Sequence record: MZ234025.1
DNA from: Escherichia phage vB_EcoM-172859UKE1
Direction: 5' to 3' (one strand)
DNA length: 64,000 nt
The translations under genes and the position numbers were made by a program. This document shows, one piece after another, positions 52,924-64,000 of the stretch (positions are counted from its first letter, which is position 1; every line of letters starts with the position of its first letter). Under the pieces are notes generated by a model. The model did no database searches. It worked only from the letters and a program-made list of their open reading frames with translations, and was not told the origin of the DNA.

Positions 52924-53560
52924 ATGCTTTTAAACTCTCTGCGAGAGCTTTAAATGCTTCGTCAGCACTGTTTTTGGTGATTTCCACCGAATTTTCTGAT
53001 TCTGATATTTGTTTAGGAGTAACCCAAGCATCTGGAGCAGAAGGTCCCCATACGGCATCTACGCCGACGGTTAATTTAAATCCTTCGTTCACGATACGGT
53101 ACCCTTTATTGGTGTCGGTTAAAGAACCAAGACCACGAGAGGAAACACCTGGAATCCAACCAGCTCGTATATTAGCAGCTAATTTATCGCCGGGACCGTG
53201 GTCGCCTTCAATAATTCTAGCACGTCCATATACATCGTTTCCTTTCCACCACATATCTTCAATAATGATAGCGGCTTGCATAGGGTCAACATTTGCACGA
53301 GGTGGATGGTTTAATTCTCCAAGGGCTTGTTTGGTTGCGACTTGTTCTTTAATATAGTCACTTACTGCTTTTTCCAAAACACGTTTAGGATATAAACGTT
53401 TATTTCGGTTAACAACCTCTGCCTGAAGAAAAATACCTTCTATATAAAGCCCTGGTTTTAAGCCAGAATCTTTTCCATCATGAGATTCCAACATTGGAAC
53501 GCCATCAATAATCTCACCGGGTTGACCCCAAGTTTCAATAAGTAACTCGGGTTTATTCAT
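52919..53560 (-). CDS. 21: prohead core protease gp21
   Basis: 213 aa, position between 68 and 22. Confidence 0.92.
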   Translation of the reverse strand: MNKPELLIETWGQPGEIIDGVPMLESHDGKDSGLKPGLYIEGIFLQAEVVNRNKRLYPKRVLEKAVSDYIKEQVATKQALGELNHPPRANVDPMQAAIIIEDMWWKGNDVYGRARIIEGDHGPGDKLAANIRAGWIPGVSSRGLGSLTDTNKGYRIVNEGFKLTVGVDAVWGPSAPDAWVTPKQISESENSVEITKNSADEAFKALAESLKAL

Positions 53561-53985
53561 TAGCTTAATCCTAATGCTTTACGACGTTTAAGAGCCTTTT
53601 TACGCTTACGCAAGCCTTTAACTTGGCCTGAAGGGTTAGCTTTTTTAGCTTTAACGACCTTACGAGCGATTTGTCTACGTTTTGCTTTAGAAAGACCAGT
53701 TGTTTGGAACGCGTTACGTTCACGAGTTTTACGGTCTTTAGTGCGGGTGACTTCACCACGAGAAGAAACATGTTTAACGATAAACTCATTTAACTGTTCT
53801 TCATTAATAATGGAAGCCATTGCAACAGCTAAATCCGTTTCAGTTTCAAGCATGTTCTCGATAATAGTATTTATATCGTCAATATCGAGAGCAGAAGACA
53901 ATGCATCGATTCGGCCCTGTGCTTCAGGAATAAGTGCTTCGACATTTTCGAGTACCAATTCATAAGATTCAGGGATAAGATACAT
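53560..53985 (-). CDS. 68: prohead core protein gp68
   Basis: 141 aa, basic C-terminus. Confidence 0.8.
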   Translation of the reverse strand: MYLIPESYELVLENVEALIPEAQGRIDALSSALDIDDINTIIENMLETETDLAVAMASIINEEQLNEFIVKHVSSRGEVTRTKDRKTRERNAFQTTGLSKAKRRQIARKVVKAKKANPSGQVKGLRKRKKALKRRKALGLS

Positions 53986-54221
53986 TATTCATCGTCCTCA
54001 TCATCTTCGTCTTCGTCGTCATCGCCTTCATCAGCGTCGTCTTCCGAAGCTTTAGCTTTCTTTTCTTCTTCAGGTTCTTCGCCTTCAATCAAAAATTGAG
54101 AAGCGATTTCTGCTTTGCGTGCTTCAATCAAACAAACCGTTTTTTCTGCCATTGCACTTTCAAAAAACTTTCGAGTAGCAACGAGGTCGTTTGATTTAAT
54201 AGCTTGAATTAAATCGTCCAT
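53985..54221 (-). CDS. 67: prohead core protein gp67
   Basis: 78 aa with poly-acidic C-terminus [18 protein letters not shown]. Confidence 0.8.
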   Translation of the reverse strand: MDDLIQAIKSNDLVATRKFFESAMAEKTVCLIEARKAEIASQFLIEGEEPEEEKKAKASEDDADEGDDDEDEDDEDDE

Positions 54222-55792
54222 TAAAAATCCTCTTGTTCTTGGTCGGGGTCTTGGAAACGAGCCTCTTTCGACTCTTCTTCAATTTGCTTAGCCTCTTGTT
54301 CAATTTCCTCATCAGACATCTGAAGAATATCTTTCATAGCTGTTCTGTGAGAAATATATTTACCAATAAATGGTTCGGCCATCTGAAGCATATTAATGCG
54401 ACGCTCCAGAATCTCAGCATCCTTTAATTCCGAGAAATAACTATCCCGATGAAATTTTATCTTAATATTATTTATTTCATCATTCCACTCATCTTCTGTA
54501 ATAATTCCTTTAAGAATTAAATTAGTTTTAAGCGGGTCTAGGAATATCTCTTCAAATTTATGTTGCAGCTCACGAATAAATTTACCAAATGACAATTCAT
54601 CTCGTGTAATAGAAGTACCAGCATCAAACTGTATACCACCTTGGTCACTTGGAATACGGGTAATAGGAATACGTAAAGCCATATAAAGCGCATTACGGAA
54701 CCAACGTACATCTTCCATATTTCCAGTATTATCTGCACCTGGTAATGTGTCAACTTCTGTTACTGCTTTACCATCACGTCGTTGTAACCAATAATCTTCG
54801 GTCATCGACATAATATGCTGCTGGTTTTTAATCTTGCCTGTAGTAGCATCATATGCAATACGGTTTTTCATCGTATTCATAACATGTTGCATATGTTCTG
54901 CTGCTTTTCTTGAAGGCATATTACCTGTATCAACGTACCATACACGACGATCGGGAGCACGAGTAATACGATAAATTACGACGGCATCTTCAAGAAGTTT
55001 TAATTGGTTCGCTGGCTTAATAGCCCGATGCAAATAACCGATGATATTTTTACCACAACAATCAACTAAACCAGAATGGGCATAAACAATCGCGGCTTTA
55101 GGGATTTTTATTTTTGTGCCAGCTTCATATATGCGACCATCACAAGCATAAGATTCGTGTGATGTGTCATAAATGAAATATTCTTTATAACCCTTGACTA
55201 TTTTAACACCGGCTTCAGTGGTTGTAATAACTTCACGGACATATTGAACTTGACGTGGGTCTAAACGACGAAGCTCTTTAATACCTTCTTTAGGGCGTTT
55301 AGGGTCAATAATTTTATGGAAGAAAATTCGAGAATCTACATACCAACGCCTAAAATGGTCTGAACCTTTACGTTGGAAAGATAAATGATTCAACACTTCG
55401 TTAAATTCATCCAACATCATTGATTTGATATTTGGACTAAATTTTGTGTTGTCTAAATTTATAGAAACGACTTCTGTATCATCTTCATACACGATAGCAT
55501 CAGAAACTATTTCAGAGACCGCGTTATCCACTTCATAGTTCGTCATCAAATTTCGATACGTATCGATTAATTCACGGGTTGATTTAAGCCCCGGTTCTTG
55601 ACTACCGAACATTCTCTGAAACATAGCATTATATGTTTGCTGTGCTTCATTTTCAGATACTTCGTATTCTTTAGCGCCGTCGTCTAATTTTGGTGCGGTG
55701 ATAGATTCTAAATTTTCTTTTTCTTGGTCTTTGTAATCACGTTCGTCCATTTTTGCCCATGGAGCAAACAAACTTAAGATATTAAATTTCAT
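54221..55792 (-). CDS. 20: portal vertex protein gp20
   Basis: 523 aa (T4 gp20 524), late promoter upstream. Confidence 0.95.
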   Translation of the reverse strand: MKFNILSLFAPWAKMDERDYKDQEKENLESITAPKLDDGAKEYEVSENEAQQTYNAMFQRMFGSQEPGLKSTRELIDTYRNLMTNYEVDNAVSEIVSDAIVYEDDTEVVSINLDNTKFSPNIKSMMLDEFNEVLNHLSFQRKGSDHFRRWYVDSRIFFHKIIDPKRPKEGIKELRRLDPRQVQYVREVITTTEAGVKIVKGYKEYFIYDTSHESYACDGRIYEAGTKIKIPKAAIVYAHSGLVDCCGKNIIGYLHRAIKPANQLKLLEDAVVIYRITRAPDRRVWYVDTGNMPSRKAAEHMQHVMNTMKNRIAYDATTGKIKNQQHIMSMTEDYWLQRRDGKAVTEVDTLPGADNTGNMEDVRWFRNALYMALRIPITRIPSDQGGIQFDAGTSITRDELSFGKFIRELQHKFEEIFLDPLKTNLILKGIITEDEWNDEINNIKIKFHRDSYFSELKDAEILERRINMLQMAEPFIGKYISHRTAMKDILQMSDEEIEQEAKQIEEESKEARFQDPDQEQEDF

Positions 55793-55820
55793 TGTATTCT
55801 CCGAATGGGAATTATAGTTA

Positions 55821-55828
55821 TATTTATA
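55821..55828 (-). promoter_or_regulatory. late promoter TATAAATA (gene 20)
   Basis: exact match on minus strand ~29 nt upstream of ATG. Confidence 0.75.
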
Positions 55829-55876
55829 TGGACTTCTCCGTCATCACGGGAAGCTGGGGATTTCTCCCCAACCAGA

Positions 55877-56368
55877 TTATTCCCACCAATCAAGAGCAAG
55901 AGTTACTTCGAACGTTTCAATCTCGTTATTCGAATCCCAATCAAGAGATACTTCACCGACGTTAGTAGGCCACAAGCCAACAATTTCAACTTCTTTAGTG
56001 ACCGTTTTAGCATCACGAGCAAATTGACGAACGATAGCAGACTTTTTATATTCAGCAGGTTTACCACCGGTAATTTCATTACCTTGTCCTGCTGCAATAC
56101 CTTGCCAATCAACAAATTTCTGACGAATGCTATGAGCATCATCGTTCATTACTGTAATAGTCCAATCATCGAATGTACGATCACCGGCCACGTTAATTTT
56201 ACGGTTCATATAAGAAACAGGAACCTTTTCAACGATCGCAGCAGGAAGAGCCGTAGCACGACACTGGAAGCTAAAGTTTTGCCCAAGATAAGAGATTTCT
56301 ACTTCGAACAGGTTAGGGCGAGCGAAATCACCTGATTCGAAGGCACGAGTTACGTCATCTACAAACAT
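55877..56368 (-). CDS. 19: tail tube protein gp19
   Basis: 163 aa, same as T4 gp19. Confidence 0.93.
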   Translation of the reverse strand: MFVDDVTRAFESGDFARPNLFEVEISYLGQNFSFQCRATALPAAIVEKVPVSYMNRKINVAGDRTFDDWTITVMNDDAHSIRQKFVDWQGIAAGQGNEITGGKPAEYKKSAIVRQFARDAKTVTKEVEIVGLWPTNVGEVSLDWDSNNEIETFEVTLALDWWE

Positions 56369-56440
56369 ATTAGCCTCTGTAGTAATATGGGCTTAGGATT
56401 AACCTGATGCCCATAGAATTAATTTTTAAACGATATAGTA

Positions 56441-56448
56441 TATTTATA
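56441..56448 (-). promoter_or_regulatory. late promoter TATAAATA (gene 19)
   Basis: exact match on minus strand. Confidence 0.7.
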
Positions 56449-56480
56449 TGGGCTACCGAAATAGCCCATCAGGCGTCTTA

Positions 56481-58463
56481 TTAGGCACCTACAGCACCAA
56501 TTAGTTCGTCGAAATCGGCACCAGTTGCTGTTGCTACAAAGTTCAACGTAATATAATTTATCGAGCGGGCAGGTTGTAAGTAGAAAGTAGCTACAAATTC
56601 ATTACGGTCGATAACTGCTGGTGTGTTATTGGTAGTATCACAAACAACTTTAAAGTTATATACACCACCGAGAGCTTTAATACCCTGTAGATATTGAGAA
56701 GTCTCTGTACGGAAAGAAGAACGGGTAAATGCGTTGTTCAATTCAAACAGGCGATATTTAGATGCTGAACCAATGTTCGTTTTAACCATATTGAACAAAC
56801 GACGAACGTTAATACGGTCAAATGGTGAAGGAACAGAAGTGGCAGTTTTATCACCATACAGAACATACCCATCACCACCGGTACCAGTAACAGGGTTAAT
56901 AGCTTCCTGGTACAAACGATCACGCTGCGCTTGGCGAGTTTCAATTGCAAGCTTAATAACGTTAAGAATTTGCCCACGGTTATAACCGGCAGGAGACATC
57001 CAAGGCTGAGAAATATTGTCTGTGCGAGCACAAAGACCGGCAATATCAGCAGCTAATGGAACCCAACGATTCACATCATTATATTTGTCATATTGATATT
57101 TATAGTTACCGTCAATAGCAGCATAAGTAGAACTTACATTAAAGTTATTATCAGTGTAAGTTCCTGACGCAGTACGCCAATCAACCAGATTATCAACTGC
57201 ACGATTAACAGGAATACCGACTATAGTTGCACGTGGTGGTGAGCAAAGAACCAAGCAATCTTGGCGAGAATCACCAATTGCTACAACATGTTTCTGAACT
57301 GTAGAAGCAACTTCTAAAGATTCACCTGCACAAGAACCAGCAATAAACAACTGCGCATTAACAGATTCACGGTCAGCAAACAAATCCCAAGCTTCCATTA
57401 AATCACCAGCGTCAACAGTTTCATTAGATGATAAGCCGCCGCCCAGTTTGATTACGCCAGAGAAACCTTTTGGCCAACCTTGTGCAGTAGCGAAAATATA
57501 ATTGCTTGCGCCTTTAGCAAAGAAATCATCAATAAAGATATTACTACCATAAATATCGCGTTCACCACGTTTAGTAGAAAGAACTACACTCTGGACTACA
57601 GCATCGTTACGACGAACGATAATTGCATATTGGTCATCAGTTTGTGGACCATACCCAAAGATTGCTTTAGCCGTAGATGCACGAGTACCACCATCAGGAT
57701 AAATTTTTAACTGGGCTGAAGCACCTTTGTCATAGTCTGCTTTAGATACGATTTCAATTTCGAGCTGGTCGCCAAGTTCACCAGGATAAAGAGCAACTAC
57801 GCCTGGGACACCATATTTTTTAATAGATTCTTGGAAAGTTAGAGAAGTAATAGCTTCTTCAGAAGTTTCAACTTCAGTTAACAAAATACCCGAATCGGTT
57901 ACGATAGAACCAATTGTAATAACGCCAGAGAGACCAGAAGAAGAACTGGCAACTTCGGCGGTCCAGTTAGAACCCAATGCCGGATATTCATTAATTTCTT
58001 TTGCACGAGCAATAATTTTACCGGTTGGGATATAAATGTTACGAATTTTACCATCGACATCAACTGAAGTGACATAACCATCTGCTTCAACAGTTTCGGT
58101 CAAATACTTAACGATAATTTTATCACCAACTGCATAGTTACTACCAGCAGCAGAGATTGTGAATTCAATATTGCCTGCTACAGGAGATGAGTTCTTAGCA
58201 GTATCACGATCAACTGCGCGTACAACACGAAGGTCATTACCATATTGAAGGAAGTTCATAGCAGACATGAAATAATCTGCTGTATCCGTATTAGGAGTAC
58301 CAAACATATCAACCAATGCAACTTCATCAGTGATTTGTTTAATCTGGAATGCAGGTCCCCATTGGAATTTTCCAGCCAGGGCAGCAGTACCAGTGGAGTT
58401 ATTAACTACAGTACTCTGTACGGTAGTTTCTTTGAGCTCAACGCCCGGAGAGAGAAGTGCCAT
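56481..58463 (-). CDS. 18: contractile tail sheath protein gp18
   Basis: 660 aa (T4 gp18 659). Confidence 0.95.
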   Translation of the reverse strand: MALLSPGVELKETTVQSTVVNNSTGTAALAGKFQWGPAFQIKQITDEVALVDMFGTPNTDTADYFMSAMNFLQYGNDLRVVRAVDRDTAKNSSPVAGNIEFTISAAGSNYAVGDKIIVKYLTETVEADGYVTSVDVDGKIRNIYIPTGKIIARAKEINEYPALGSNWTAEVASSSSGLSGVITIGSIVTDSGILLTEVETSEEAITSLTFQESIKKYGVPGVVALYPGELGDQLEIEIVSKADYDKGASAQLKIYPDGGTRASTAKAIFGYGPQTDDQYAIIVRRNDAVVQSVVLSTKRGERDIYGSNIFIDDFFAKGASNYIFATAQGWPKGFSGVIKLGGGLSSNETVDAGDLMEAWDLFADRESVNAQLFIAGSCAGESLEVASTVQKHVVAIGDSRQDCLVLCSPPRATIVGIPVNRAVDNLVDWRTASGTYTDNNFNVSSTYAAIDGNYKYQYDKYNDVNRWVPLAADIAGLCARTDNISQPWMSPAGYNRGQILNVIKLAIETRQAQRDRLYQEAINPVTGTGGDGYVLYGDKTATSVPSPFDRINVRRLFNMVKTNIGSASKYRLFELNNAFTRSSFRTETSQYLQGIKALGGVYNFKVVCDTTNNTPAVIDRNEFVATFYLQPARSINYITLNFVATATGADFDELIGAVGA

Positions 58464-58490
58464 TTTAATTCCTCTTAATTTGCTTTATTT

Positions 58491-60816
<2,326 letters not shown>

Positions 60817-61641
60817 TTATTGTTTTCTAGGACCAGGAGGGGTTGGTGGAGTCGGGATTGGAATATCATGAGTATAAGTTTGTTCAACTTCACCATTCCA
60901 ATCTTGTGCTTCAACGTCTCTCGGTTTAATTTCTGTATCAACTGATTCAAAAACGCTGGCGGCTGTTTGAAGGTCTCGTTCATTAGCATGAAAATCAAGA
61001 TAAGTCGTTTTAATAAGGCCTTCAGCTGCGCCTACCGGAGGATACATCCATCCATTTACTTCAAATGTTAATGACCACTCTAAACGTCGACGAGATAAAT
61101 TATCACCGTCTATTTGTTCATCCATTGCTGCTGCCATCCATACGACTTTAATATCCCTTTCAAATGGAATATCCTGCCCATATTGCTCAATCATAGTCGT
61201 ATTAAAATGCGGCTGAAAATATGGAATAATTTGCTCAACGATTTGGAACATATCATCTTCATAACGAGTAAAGATGCTCAGTTCAAAAATCATTTTAATT
61301 GGTGATGGGTTGTATTGGTCTACAATATCCTTAGTCGATTTACTCAAAAGAGAGTTATTCAATATATTCGTTTTAAACGTTGGGTTATAAACGAAATCTA
61401 CCATTTGGAGATTTATACGCGGTAGAATAGTTTCGACTTTAGCCACATCTTCTTGTGAGTTTATAGAGGTCCATTTATTAAGTTTCATCATAAAGTGCTC
61501 TTTAGATGCATACGTAATAGGAACTCTAATTAATTTATTGCCTGTAGACAATTGACGGTTAACTTGGATATTTGAAAACAAATCGCCCATCATTGTGATA
61601 TATCGCCTGAACGACGAGTTGTAAAAATAGCCAAACATCAT
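60817..61641 (-). CDS. 15: tail sheath stabiliser / tail completion gp15
   Basis: 274 aa, synteny 13-14-15-16. Confidence 0.88.
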   Translation of the reverse strand: MMFGYFYNSSFRRYITMMGDLFSNIQVNRQLSTGNKLIRVPITYASKEHFMMKLNKWTSINSQEDVAKVETILPRINLQMVDFVYNPTFKTNILNNSLLSKSTKDIVDQYNPSPIKMIFELSIFTRYEDDMFQIVEQIIPYFQPHFNTTMIEQYGQDIPFERDIKVVWMAAAMDEQIDGDNLSRRRLEWSLTFEVNGWMYPPVGAAEGLIKTTYLDFHANERDLQTAASVFESVDTEIKPRDVEAQDWNGEVEQTYTHDIPIPTPPTPPGPRKQ

Positions 61642-61690
61642 TTCTCCTAACCGGCCTTTCGACCGGTGTTTGCTTTATCTTATCTATTTA

Positions 61691-62455
61691 TTAATTCATA
61701 AACCCATCGTCAAATGGTGAATTTTGTCTACCACGGTTGTTAACTACTACATACGGCTCAACGTATTCACTTGCCTCTGAATTGATTTGCTCAACTTCAG
61801 AATATTCATCGATATTAATGTCATGGATACCGTCAAGATTTCTAACAGGGTTAAGTTCCAAGTCACTAAATTCAGGTATATTGATACCTTCATTTTTCTG
61901 AAGCACCGGATTGATTTCTTCGCCAGAGTAAATAAACTTGCCTGCAGTAATTTTACGAATCGCATTTTTACCTACTTGATAGAATGGGTCATATGGTTCA
62001 ACCCAGTTAATCTCAAACAAACTGTTGTCCATTGGGAAGTATATTAAATCACCTTCCTTGGGCTCCTGATTGTTGACCTGGTGTTTGAAAAGACCCGGGT
62101 TAATAGATAATGTAACTTCGTCTTGAACTTGCATTCCGAAGTTGCTGAAGAACGATTTCGCTCCTTCATAACCTTCAAATGAGTTCAGATATGCCGCAAA
62201 TTTCCATGCTTTAGTAAATTTATTTTTAAGGTCCTCACCAAAGATAAGGTCCACAGCAACATATTCACGTGGAACATAAAAACATTCAATACCGCGCATT
62301 TGTATGCTTTCTGCCACTAGAACATCGGCTAATGTCTGACTATTCTCATAATTATTAAAATTGACAAATGGATTGAGGATTTCGGTCTCATTTGTCTGAG
62401 AATACCCACCACGATTTTCTAGCTTGGCGAAAAGATTTTTATCATAAGTTGCCAT
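61691..62455 (-). CDS. 14: neck protein gp14
   Basis: 254 aa, synteny. Confidence 0.88.
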   Translation of the reverse strand: MATYDKNLFAKLENRGGYSQTNETEILNPFVNFNNYENSQTLADVLVAESIQMRGIECFYVPREYVAVDLIFGEDLKNKFTKAWKFAAYLNSFEGYEGAKSFFSNFGMQVQDEVTLSINPGLFKHQVNNQEPKEGDLIYFPMDNSLFEINWVEPYDPFYQVGKNAIRKITAGKFIYSGEEINPVLQKNEGINIPEFSDLELNPVRNLDGIHDINIDEYSEVEQINSEASEYVEPYVVVNNRGRQNSPFDDGFMN

Positions 62456-62456
62456 A

Positions 62457-63383
62457 TTAACCTACCAAAATACCTGCAGGAGGGTCCAGTAAATATAACT
62501 CTTCTCGTAAAGCTTCTTTCTCTAAACGAGCTTCTTCAATTAATCGAACACCATCAACAGTGACGCCACCCGGTAACATCATACCTTGATGTTTAGCAAG
62601 AATTTGTCCATTAAGCTCTTTAGCTAATGCAGTTGCATAATCTTTAACCCAGCGGTTGTTATATGCGCCTTGTTTGGTTGCAGGATCTTCACCAACTCGA
62701 CGTCCGACCAAATTATGGTCTGGATTATCATAACGTTCAGAAATAGACCATGAATCACGAGGACCGACCTGTCCATACCCTACTGTATTTCCTACCATCT
62801 TATGGGTCTCGATATAAGAGCGAACATACGATTCAACGATAATGACATCTTTCTGTCTAAAGTTACCCATTACTTTTAATTGCTCGTTTGCAGAGTTAAA
62901 CCAAAAATCTGGAAGAGGAGCAATCATATCTTGAAGCATACCCATATAAGATACTAATTGAGAATAATACCCGAGGTCAGCGCCAAAAGCGTTCGGGCCG
63001 TAGAATTTACCACAATTACTACCCATACCACCTGAAACACCAGCCATTCCTAAAAGGAAATCAGTGAACCATGGATAAGTTGCATTACCATCCATTGAAG
63101 TAATAGAGCCAACATTTGTTCTTATAATTCTTGTTACAGCAAATACGTTAGAACCGCGCATATCAAATACGCCATGACGGTATTTTTCTTCGTCATCAAC
63201 AAAAAATACATGGAAACCTTTATTCAACCCGTCAAAATGGTATTCGCCATAAAGTTCTAACGCTCGTGAAATACAATCATAAATTTGGTCTGTAGTTAAT
63301 TCAACATTTACAATAGGAGCGCCTAAACGACGTAATATTACGTCCTTTAATTCTTTAGGGTTTTGTGCATTATAACCTGACAT
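62457..63383 (-). CDS. 13: neck protein gp13
   Basis: 308 aa, synteny. Confidence 0.88.
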   Translation of the reverse strand: MSGYNAQNPKELKDVILRRLGAPIVNVELTTDQIYDCISRALELYGEYHFDGLNKGFHVFFVDDEEKYRHGVFDMRGSNVFAVTRIIRTNVGSITSMDGNATYPWFTDFLLGMAGVSGGMGSNCGKFYGPNAFGADLGYYSQLVSYMGMLQDMIAPLPDFWFNSANEQLKVMGNFRQKDVIIVESYVRSYIETHKMVGNTVGYGQVGPRDSWSISERYDNPDHNLVGRRVGEDPATKQGAYNNRWVKDYATALAKELNGQILAKHQGMMLPGGVTVDGVRLIEEARLEKEALREELYLLDPPAGILVG

Positions 63384-63394
63384 ATAAATCCTTT

Positions 63395-63410
63395 AGGGCC
63401 CGAAGGCCCT
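63395..63410 (-). terminator. UUCG hairpin between wac and gene 13
   Basis: AGGGCC-UUCG-GGCCCU on minus strand, followed by SD of gene 13. Confidence 0.45.
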
Positions 63411-63415
63411 TTTCA

Positions 63416-64000
63416 TTAAGCTGTAGGAAGTTCAACCCATGCACCATCTTTGCGAACATAGAATTTACCGTCTGAAGGAGCATCTTCAATATATCCAGCG
63501 TCCTTAAGAGTTTGGATTTCAGCTTCTGCAGCGGCCAAATCAGTTTCAAGAGTAGCAATTCTAGAAGTTAAACCATTAATTGTCGTATCATGACTTTTAA
63601 CTGTAGGCAATATACCTCGTTCTTCAACAGTCGAACCATTTGGGTTGGTGCCATTTATAAGAGTATTTAATGTGTTTACAGAACCCTTAATTCCTGTGGA
63701 ATTAGTCCCAACATCAGTTTGAATGTTCTGAATGTCATTACTCAGCCCACCGATAGTTCCTTCGAGCTCTCGAGTACGATAAAGCAAAGAGCCGTCTGGT
63801 TCCGGTTTCCCACCTGAAGCGTCAACACCGACTACGTTATTTAACCATGACACATTAAAACGCAATCCTGACGAAGAATCAGAGCCGACAACAGTGTTCA
63901 ATGCTCCGATAGCATCAGTATTGAGTTTAATACGTCCTTGGATTGTAGTAGGCAAATCATCGGCGCCAATGGCAGTTTCTACCGTAGTCAAACGAGGTTT
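63416..64000 (-). CDS. wac: fibritin (whisker), C-terminal part; 5-prime end beyond window
   Basis: Frame open to window edge; C-terminal foldon GYIEDAPSDGKFYVRKDGAWVELPTA; coiled-coil heptads upstream. Confidence 0.85.
   Translation of the reverse strand, partial: KPRLTTVETAIGADDLPTTIQGRIKLNTDAIGALNTVVGSDSSSGLRFNVSWLNNVVGVDASGGKPEPDGSLLYRTRELEGTIGGLSNDIQNIQTDVGTNSTGIKGSVNTLNTLINGTNPNGSTVEERGILPTVKSHDTTINGLTSRIATLETDLAAAEAEIQTLKDAGYIEDAPSDGKFYVRKDGAWVELPTA

Overview
This window reads as a contiguous ~64 kb block of a T4-like (T-even type) myovirus genome, recognised by direct reading of the translated ORFs against remembered T4 proteins, sizes and gene order; no database search was run. Order: long tail fiber genes 34-37 (minus strand), then a plus-strand early/middle region (rnh, dsbA, 33, 59, 32, frd, td, nrdA, nrdB, denA, rnlA, alc-like, spanin pair, pseT, cd, 31, rIII, 30.x-type small genes, DNA ligase 30, alt), then baseplate hub genes 54-48-29-28-27-51 and 26-25, uvsY, uvsW, inh, hoc, rnlB, and the head/tail/packaging late cluster 24-23-22-21-68-67-20-19-18-17-16-15-14-13 with the 3-prime end of wac. 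Transcription signals are T4-like throughout: GTTTAC/TAnnAT early promoters, MotA-box middle promoters, TATAAATA late promoters and UUCG-tetraloop hairpins. Departures from what I recall of T4 are: a complete DAHP synthase gene between pseT and cd; intron-free td and nrdB with no homing endonuclease genes; a NADAR-domain gene and a HAD-like gene beside ligase and Alt; an antisense early-promoter cassette between genes 24 and 23; and a hoc gene with a duplicated Ig-like domain that is split by a 1-nt deficit in an A-run. No rRNA, tRNA, CRISPR array or transposase was seen. The strongest candidate for something new is the DAHP synthase, but none of these is a demonstrably undescribed multi-gene system.
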